NCBI GenBank assembly: GCA_016930435.1
Contig: JAFGGQ010000010.1
Location: 1 to 63,753 of the forward strand
Reading direction: 5' to 3'
DNA: 63,753 nucleotides
Source of the DNA: a bacterium
GTDB lineage: Bacteria; UBP14; UBA6098; JAFGQG01
Part shown: positions 39,401 through 47,200 of the stretch, piece after piece
Layout of the letters: each line of letters begins with the position of its first letter
Position numbering within the stretch: position 1 is the stretch's first letter
Notes under the pieces: model-generated
Told to the model about the DNA's origin: nothing
Database searches by the model: none
Seen by the model: only the letters and a program-made list of their open reading frames with translations
Position numbers and translations under genes: made by a program

Positions 39401-40871
39401 TATCGCCGGGGTTTTTAACGTACAATTTCCAGTACTTAGTACCGATCATGTTGTCCCGAACATCGGTTTGCAGCTTATCTATAGAAGGATACTCCGGATC
39501 ATTTAACAGGAAGTACATGCAGGGAGCGCCGGGCATGCAAAGCACCAAAGGAACATCAACGCCGGTATCGTATCCGTCACTTCCATCCCTGGATACTCCA
39601 AAATATCTTTCACGGAAAGTTGTATCTGAGCCTATTCTGCTCCAAACGGTAATATTTGCAAGCCAGCTGGCAACTGTGTCTTCACCGAGGCCTGTCCTGA
39701 ACATTATTGTATCAGCGACTGCATTACCATTCATATCTTCTGCATATACCCAGGCGGTATTCCAGTTATTAGGAGGTAAAGGCATAACCGGTTCATAACG
39801 AACCAGGTAATTTCCTGACAAGGGATGGTCAATAGCGCCAATAGTAGCCATTCCGGTAACGTTAGCGCCATTAACATTCAGGATGATGGATTCATCGTCC
39901 ACGCCAACGCCGCCATCCTTTATTTTAACTGAAATTGTGGCGTAGATATTGACACCAGTAGCCCCGTTAGCAGGAGTCCATTGCTCGGTATAAGGAGGAA
40001 TGCTATCCGGGGGAATAGGGGGTTGTGTTACAAAGCAGTAGGTCAGGGTGTCCATTTCATGAGCAGGATCTTCAAGGTCCTTTGCCCATATACGTACGCA
40101 AATTTCTGTTTCATGGTCAAAATCGGCGGGGGGATCATAAACAACATCATAACCATTGTAGTAAAGATAAGTGGTTTCGGTAGCTAAAACATCCCCTGAC
40201 ACATCTACCCCATCAACTTCTAAGAATAGTGAAGCCAAATCCACTCCGGACATATCATCGAATATAACGAACTGGATGTTTCGGTCCACTTCAACACCCA
40301 TACCCAGGGGTTGGAAACTGGTAACCATAGGAGCTTGAACATCGATAGATGATTCGGAGAGGAATTTTATTGCCACGTATTCCGTATCGGCGAACATAAA
40401 TGAATCTACACTGGTCATAACTATCCAGCTGGTAATATCAAATCCGATTACGCCGGCGCCGATATAATAGTATCCGACCGTTGGTCCAGGTACATTATCC
40501 AAATTCCAGGTGATCAATCTGTGGTCAGCAGAATCATCACCGCCCTGGAAAACGGTCCATATAATTGTATCATCTTCAGCATCCCTGATATCGGTTCCTA
40601 ACATGGTAATATGCGGAAAATCAGGATCAGTAAGCGGAAAATAAAAGAAAGAAGCGTCTGGTGGCGGAAAAAAAGGCACATCCAATGCTTCACCAGGCAT
40701 AGATTCGAACATATCGCTTCCATTTAAATCGGTTCCCAGAGTCAGCGTTGAAAAGGTAGAGCGATCGCCTGGATAGGCAACCACGCTAAAACGCCATTCT
40801 GCCGCAAAGGAAGTCACTGCCATTATAAATAGAAGGAACAAGCAGCTTAAGACAAACAATCTCCTTTCCAT
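36153..40871 (-). CDS. Giant secreted multidomain surface protein (1572 aa) with T9SS sorting domain
   Basis: The signal peptide is MERRLFVLSCLFLLFIMAVTSFA. Three module copies (40359..40799, 39237..39674, 38460..38897) are interleaved with SbsA-type Ig-like domains (APMVTSFQP, IPPYTEQWTP, AAPYVLDSDP). CarboxypepD_reg-like repeats follow, then the alpha/beta module (36471..37145) and the CTD. The architecture matches 29207..33529. Confidence 0.85.
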   Translation of the reverse strand: MERRLFVLSCLFLLFIMAVTSFAAEWRFSVVAYPGDRSTFSTLTLGTDLNGSDMFESMPGEALDVPFFPPPDASFFYFPLTDPDFPHITMLGTDIRDAEDDTIIWTVFQGGDDSADHRLITWNLDNVPGPTVGYYYIGAGVIGFDITSWIVMTSVDSFMFADTEYVAIKFLSESSIDVQAPMVTSFQPLGMGVEVDRNIQFVIFDDMSGVDLASLFLEVDGVDVSGDVLATETTYLYYNGYDVVYDPPADFDHETEICVRIWAKDLEDPAHEMDTLTYCFVTQPPIPPDSIPPYTEQWTPANGATGVNIYATISVKIKDGGVGVDDESIILNVNGANVTGMATIGAIDHPLSGNYLVRYEPVMPLPPNNWNTAWVYAEDMNGNAVADTIMFRTGLGEDTVASWLANITVWSRIGSDTTFRERYFGVSRDGSDGYDTGVDVPLVLCMPGAPCMYFLLNDPEYPSIDKLQTDVRDNMIGTKYWKLYVKNPGDNLGTYWDNDELPSGLTYFIGLGDSLTPPAEDNWYNMHLYNSLPFSPGQVVWIKYFTDTLDIAAPYVLDSDPINGAAGVDVTEPVYVEICDAGSGVEMASIMMMVNGIDVTSEVDMGTLGECGGYSLLYDHAGEPFPPYSTVCVRIIALDQAIPPNELDTLICFSVSPGPIWTATLTYHEDDGIGENLYSLVIGTAENGAIGCDPNDAGFPLCPPSGLCVYFPVDDPGCMFDHLTTDIRNRGVLDHTWLIQQENADDGNSYWVSWNPTALLPTEEDWHFSIAAVYPGDSPAWVDMHSTSMIDVEVGQQVWVHVWNEEDYYDLCGNVTLEDATDYSNIYVYMITGTGDTLLTEMTDASGDYCFLDNYPANYTLCYHYEGYYDQCFEVDLDEDIIMETTELLLFCYEVSGVVDIEGLPSGEWGGSVVNFTSPTQTLETTTADDGSYMFDCAHAGTYTVTISHIGYPDVEDEVTVIGDMSGVNFTIVEGCFMLQGTVTLAGTPAEGIMVMIPGLGTYYTDASGHYVDSCVYAGDYTITASYNCFLDADTTIEFLDHMTVNLNLQPRMVSISGTASLEGVSDFSGILITLNSVPFTTDETGEYEFTDLACGADYILSASINCYYTVVETLTSVDDDVVYNFTIPAIPFIPELYVVADTLARPLIDDTLFITLFWDEPTVVGDSIGIFIAPEDGYSDYIWDWTYLGSIPFGTGLGDLGLGVYGLDEGVSYCFTMVTFYGDDYCDEVWEYACGTVLSIPDPNTLLIYDFDNGATPIGGIMGVDEAMAMYLDDLDVSYTITDQDASLDMYVLDDYEAIFIGLGIQDADDTKIPESSLDMLMDYLDERNPIYIEGPDFAAEYSSGSATEQAFFDYFGVSFIEDGYVETTGNVDSLFSYVGGSFFGPRFIVADYDDGSLADRYIDVIDADGATMILHDQDGNARVAAYTHGYQTVLSACYAGAMELVAAPFGPARIYDAILNFFGIEPGISYVYEKENIPTDFVMNQNYPNPFNPTTTIQFGLPADEAVEVAVFNIYGEKMVTLIDGLKAAGTYTVMWDGRDMSGQTLPSGVYFCQLQTPSYSKVVKMMFMK

Positions 40872-40965
40872 CGTATTTTCTCCCTCCTTTAGAAGTTTAA
40901 AAAATTATTCTCTAACAAATCTCTCACAATGTTTCTATAATCTCTCTCCTTACCTTTTAAAAAAA

Positions 40966-40999
40966 GGGCTATAGGAGGGGCAATCCCCTCCCATAGCCC
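40966..40999 (-). terminator. Rho-independent terminator after the 2971-aa gene
   Basis: A 15-bp stem GGGCTATAGGAGGGG / CCCCTCCCATAGCCC (14 of 15 paired) with a 4-nt loop, 14 nt past the stop at 41014. It is followed on the minus strand by T7. Confidence 0.85.
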
Positions 41000-41013
41000 A
41001 TTGAGTCTCGGCT

Positions 41014-41271
41014 TTATTTCATCAAGATCATCTTCTTTATAGAAGAGAACTTGTCAGTCTTTAACTGATAGAAATAGATACCGGTAGCTACGCTGTTATC
41101 GGCAGCATCGCGGCCATTCCACATTACAGTCTTGAAACCAGCAGTTTCCTCACCGTTCAGCAAGGTAACCACTTTATCGCCCAGGACATTGTAAACTTCC
41201 AGAGTAACATTTGCGTCTTCCGGAAGGCCAAAGGAAATAGTAGTGGTTGCGTTAAACGGATTAGGATGATT
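41014..41271 (-). other. T9SS type-A C-terminal sorting domain
   Basis: NHPNPFNATTTISFGLPEDANVTLEVYNVLGDKV..KTVMWNGRDAADNSVATGIYFYQLKTD..IKKMILMK. Confidence 0.85.
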
Positions 41272-44200
41272 CTGTGCCAAGGTGTAACTATCAGGAATAA
41301 TGGCTTTTACTGCCACTAACTTGTAGGTCCCACTTGTAATTGCTACTGGAGTGGAAAGATCATTTCTCTGATCATCCCTCTGCAGGAAGAAGGTGTATCC
41401 TTCTGGCAGATCATTAGCTACCAGATTGAACTCGCCTCTTACGTTCAGGTCCCAGGTAATCACGTTATCTGGTGCCTTTACGCTATGCAGGAGTGATTGA
41501 TCGAGGGAAACATCCGGGCGGTCGGGCATAGCGGGTAAGCTGATCCGGTCCGCGCCGCGATCGTATCCTTCAGTAGCGCCTTCACCAACACCGATGGTCA
41601 GGTCTTTTGCAAAACCTTTACCTTCGATGGAGATCGGGCTATTCCAGAGAGGCTTTACAGCAGCGCTCTTCATGATAGTATGAACCACGCGTCCTCGGGC
41701 GGGTACATAAAGAGTACCGGGAGCAGCGGCGAGTACAAGATGAGCGGCACAAGGAGTGAGTTCTTCTACCTGAATATAAGCGTCGATGCAGGCATCATAC
41801 CAGAATACATTATCAGGTTCGATGATACCGGCAGGATCGGTATCCGGTGTTACGAACGGAATGGGTTCGCACAGGGAACCAACGAGGTTCCAACCGGCCA
41901 CGATGGGTATAGCCCATTCTTCTACGCACCTGCCACAAACGGTAACGGTAGCGTAGTCAGGAGAGAAGGCTACATAGCCCAAGCGGTAATCCAATTCGGT
42001 ATCCCGATCAAGAGGGCCTACGAATAAACCGGAGGCATCCATACTATAGATATCTACATCAGCCGGGAAATTGGCTTCGATCGTAGCATCTTCCAGCATT
42101 CTGGGCAGAGATATGAAGTTCCAGCCAGGGCAGAACTCATAGACGCAGCAGGTGAGGTGAGGAGCCACAACCACATTGGCTTCAATGCAGTTGCCAGCCA
42201 GGTCACAAATGGTCATGTGAACGGTTTGACCATCGGTGAAACCTACCACCACCGGTGTAATACTGCCATCTTCGTTTACCCATACACGTTGTACGAAGAC
42301 GCCATTAGTATCGAGATCGACGTAAACATAGCCACCGCCAACGGGGTCATAGAAACCGGCATCTATGAAGTTATCATAGATTGCGCCAGCATCAGCGGAG
42401 AAGGACACTTCAGTGGCATAGATGAGTTCTTCATCCAGCACTACCGGATAAGTAACGTCAACCAGTACCCATTTCCCTTCGGAGATGGAGGACATGGCCT
42501 CGTCGTAATCCAGGATGTTTCCAGCAACATCGCGGCCCTTTACCTTGATTTTGGTCAGACCGTTACCCCTGACATCATTAGCTACTGTCCAGGTATAGAT
42601 GTAGCTGATATCATCAAAGAAAGCAGGGGGTATCCAGGCGCCCATAGCGGGTAATGTTCCATCGAATACTCTGGAGTGCCATAATCTGGTTTCCAGGGCA
42701 TCATTAGGATCATCGGTATTGAAACCGGGATTGGGTTGACCGTCAATGGTCAATCTCAGGTGGCTCCAATTCCTGCCTGTAGGATCGTAATCGACGAATC
42801 CTTCGCTGCTTTCTTCCTGGTCGAAGACGGTCTCATGCCAGTAAACGTTGATGTCAATTTCATCAGCGTTAGTGACCCATATCTTTTCATCGGGCAGATC
42901 ATCGTGCCGGCAATCCATCAAAGGATCACCAACCTCAGTTCTGGCCAGGGCGGTAACATAATAAGGATCGTAGGTATCCAACAGGATATAAGATACGTGG
43001 TTGGTAATGGTGTGTTCACTATAGAATTCATTCCAGAAGTACAGTGTAACAGTAACCCTAACCGGACCATCGTACCGGTTGTCCATGTCGTCCACGATCC
43101 AGTTATAAACGTAATAATACATCTCGTCACACGGATTCATAACGAGATCATCGGGGGTAAAGAGCAGTTCAATACGGAGGTTTGAACCTGAGATATTGCC
43201 GCCGAATTCATCCTCGATGATCATCCGGATTGAGTCCGCACCTACATCCATGAACATAACGTAGAGTGAATCGCCGGGATATCCGCCGGTCTCTACGTAA
43301 GGATGCAAGAGGGGATCTTCCGGTCCGGAGGTGTAATCAGGATTGGAGAATGTGGTTATGGGGAATCTTTCGAGGTACGGGAATGCGTCCACAATACCAT
43401 CAAGTTCGCCATTTACCCAACCGGGCCAATCCGGGAGGCACATGTCTTCATCCCAAGGATAAAGATCGCCAAAGGTGGACAAAGTGGCATCGTAGAAGTC
43501 GTCGCCCCGGGCGAATAAAACTTCGTAAGGTACCAATACGCTTTCCATAACCGTGCTGAAAGTTTGGTAGTAGGTTTCGTAATCGGTCATGTAGCAGTCA
43601 CCTTCGGATGTACACTCACCATATTGATTATTGATCAGGTCATAACCCCTGGTTTTAATGCTGTAGAGGCCAGGTGTCAAGCCATTGGTCGTCCAATCCC
43701 AATCATATATGATGACATCGTTGACCGGATCGTAGTAAGGATTGCTGGGGTATGCTCCTACGGGAACATAACTGCAGTAACCCGAACTCAGATGAGCACC
43801 CTCTGGATAAATAGAGTAGTGATCGCCGGTCAAGAGGTCCAAATAGTAGTAGAGAACGTAGTCAACATCGGATACGCCGTCACCGGAGAGAACGATCCTT
43901 ACTTCATCAGTAGATTTAGGTATGATGGTCAATCCGATGCCAGGGGGAATGTCCCCGCCAGCGATCGTATCAAAATCTACCTGTCCGCATGGGGATTCAT
44001 TATCCACCATGACATTGAGCAGTATATCGTCCAGGTATTCTTCATGGTAGAAACGGGAGTAAACCCTGAATTCTACGGTGAGGTATTTTTCCTGTGTGTT
44101 GTACTGATGCAGGACATCATATACGGCTGCAGGCAGAATCTGGCAGCTTTCCCTGGGGTTATCGATGACATAATGGAAGGCGGAAACCGCTGAAGCGGGA

Positions 44201-47200
44201 ATCTCGGTCCATTCTTCATCGTGCCAGTAGAGATACCAGACCACACTATCGGTGATAGCGATGTCATAGTTGAAGCTGGAGATATCATAATTTCTGGGAT
44301 CGATAGTATCGCAAGCCCAGACACAGAGTTCGCCGCTTCTACCGGTTATCACCAGGCGATCGTCATAAGGCGGTGAAGCCCAAGGGTCGGTGTGAGCCCT
44401 ATCGGAGCTATCTACCGCAGGCCAGCAGATGTCAGGATAGTAGTAATTGGTTTCGATACGGAACGGGAAGTCGCGGGTAGTCATAATGTTGGCGGCATTG
44501 TCGTCGAAGCCGGACACCCTTAGGGTAGCCACTCCGTCCATCACTCCATCGCCAGCAATTATCATATAACCGATCCATTCCCGGTCGGTATTCCAACCGT
44601 TATCCAGGAACATGGCTTCAGCTTCTTCACTGACGGAGCCCATTTCTCCAAGGCCCTCATCGGGGAACATTCTTGGGGCCATAATTCCGTGGTCATAGTT
44701 AACATATTGATCCGATAAAGGATAGAATCCCGCATGGGTCTCGATAGGTATTACCGGGAACCAGTGGGTCCAGCCTTCGGGCCGGAAACGAACGATATAT
44801 CCGTAGGAGGCATCAGCAGCCCGCATATCCATATTATCGTCAAACCAGAGTCTAACGTAAATGGTGCAGACATCGCCGAAGTTGTATATACCTATTAAGG
44901 AATCCTGTTGAGCGTGGCCCGGATCCCAAGGCAGCCAGCAGTAGCGAGGATCCCAGTCGGTAAATTCATCGACTACCACACAACTGGGTTCTATGGTCAT
45001 CCCACCAAGAGAATCGTAGGTGGTATCGTAGGTACATTCCTCATACTGATAGGTGCTGAAGGCGAGGCCCTTAACTTCAGGCAGGCCGTTATCCAGGATC
45101 ATCTGGGGGGAATACAGATAGCATTGATTACCCAGACGGTCTTGAATAATTGCCTCGGCATGAATGGTATCGGCGATGAAGATAGTATCTTCTTCGAGGG
45201 TATTCAGGACGGCAGTTGTGCCTTCAACTGAATATTCCAGGCCGGTGTACATTGTGATGGGCCCAACGGCGTGATGACGGCCAGGGATCTCTTCAGGAGC
45301 GCAGTTGTAGATGGAAAGATGCTCGTTGGTGTAGAGATAATAGGTGCCGTAGTTGTAGGTCAGCATGAGTTCGGCATTTGCCCAGGTACCCATTTCATAA
45401 ACCAGCCAGTCGGAACCCTGGACCACTGAGGGCAGCGGCCATACGGTGTTCCAACCCATAGGAGTAGTCGTATTGCCGGAGCAACCCACGTCCGCATCCC
45501 TGATATTCTCCAGCCTTACTCTCACGGCATTGTTGTCAGCATGTCTCTCGATGCAGTTAACCTCTTCATAGCCGTAGAGTCCTTCCAGAGTGGCAAACCT
45601 TCCGGTAGGAGGCAGCATATCAATGATGTAGTCCCATCTGAACTCTTTATATGTAGTATAAGGAGTATTGAACTGATTGGGGGTTTTTACATGAATACCC
45701 AGAGTAACTACCAGGCTGTCACGGTGCTGATAACCAATAATGGTATCTATGACCATGGTTTCGCCGATCCAGGTAGTATCGTAATCCCTGTAGGAATCCA
45801 GCCACTGATGCATCTGATCCAAAGGCCCAATGCGGAAGTAGCCGTAGTCATAGCAGCGGTATCTATCGGGGTAGTATTCCAGGAAGCATGGGGAACAGTG
45901 GCAATTGTAATAATCGGTGTAATCCCAGACCAGGTCGCCCATCGCATCCCACAGTTCGAGGTTCACGAAAGGAGCTCTTTCGGTCAGGGTATCATGGAAG
46001 GTATCTTCTACGCATTCCAGGATGAAGCTGTCCACGCAGGTTACCATGGCGACCCACATGAAATTGAGGTCTTTGGCAAACTTATCCACATAATCATCCC
46101 TTGAGTGGATCATCGAGATCCCCTCTAATTCGGGATAAGGAAGAGCATAGATGTAATCGTACATACCATGCAGATCCTGAGGATAGCCATAAGGCCTTGC
46201 CATAGCCCAGTCTGTATAGGCTTCATCATTGAACCAATCCACGGACTGTATATAGGTTTCACCCTGAATCTGGATAGTATCCACATAGACAAGAGCCCAG
46301 TTGGGGTTTACATAGTCCATATAAATATGTCTCCAGTAGTCGTAGCAGGATGAATCCCAGTGGAGGAGTGAATCGGGTCCGATAAAGTAATTATGAATAT
46401 CCCTACGCCAGCTTGTGGTAGGCGTATTGGCATAAGTATCGTTCAGGTGATACCATCGATAGCCATAACCGAATGGGTCTTCAGTAGCAGGGTACCAAGG
46501 CACATTAACCCCGTCGCCAGCCCAGATTTCGACCTGCACCACATCTCCGGGTTGGAAGAAATGGCATTCGGTATTCATGCTATCCCAGCAGTTCAGGCTC
46601 AGTCTGGCTTCCCTGGTGGGATCCAGTCCTAATGGTCCGCCATAATCAAGGGTAGCATAACGGTATTGTTCTCTGTCAACGTGCTCTCCCAGCATCCAGC
46701 TGCCGTAAGTAACATTAGTCCAGCAGATAGTATCGGGAACGGCATTGTAGGGATTACCGCCATGGAGGCTATCCAGGAAGATCAGCCGGATATCCGCGGC
46801 TTCAACCCCAGCTACCCATTCGTCGCACCAGATAGCTCCGACCCTATCGCTGATATCCTTGAGGTCGAAATACCATGGGTCACAGCATGGGCCACCGGGT
46901 TGAGCGTCGATCAGGACAGGGGCATGTATATCGATGAAGAAACTCCAACGTGCCACCTGTCTTTGAATGGGATAGAGAAAATCGGGATCGCGGGTATCGA
47001 TAGCGTGGTTACGGCCGGGAACGAAAACGTCCACCAGCCAGCTTTCGTCTTCACATTCGATCTCGAAATTATCGGGGTGGCAATCGTTGTAAGCGTTATC
47101 CCAAACATAAACGGTAACGCAGATCTTATCACCAGCCCGGAATCTCATGTTGGAGGGGAATCTTCGATACGGATCGAAGGTTACCCTGACGCCCCATTCT

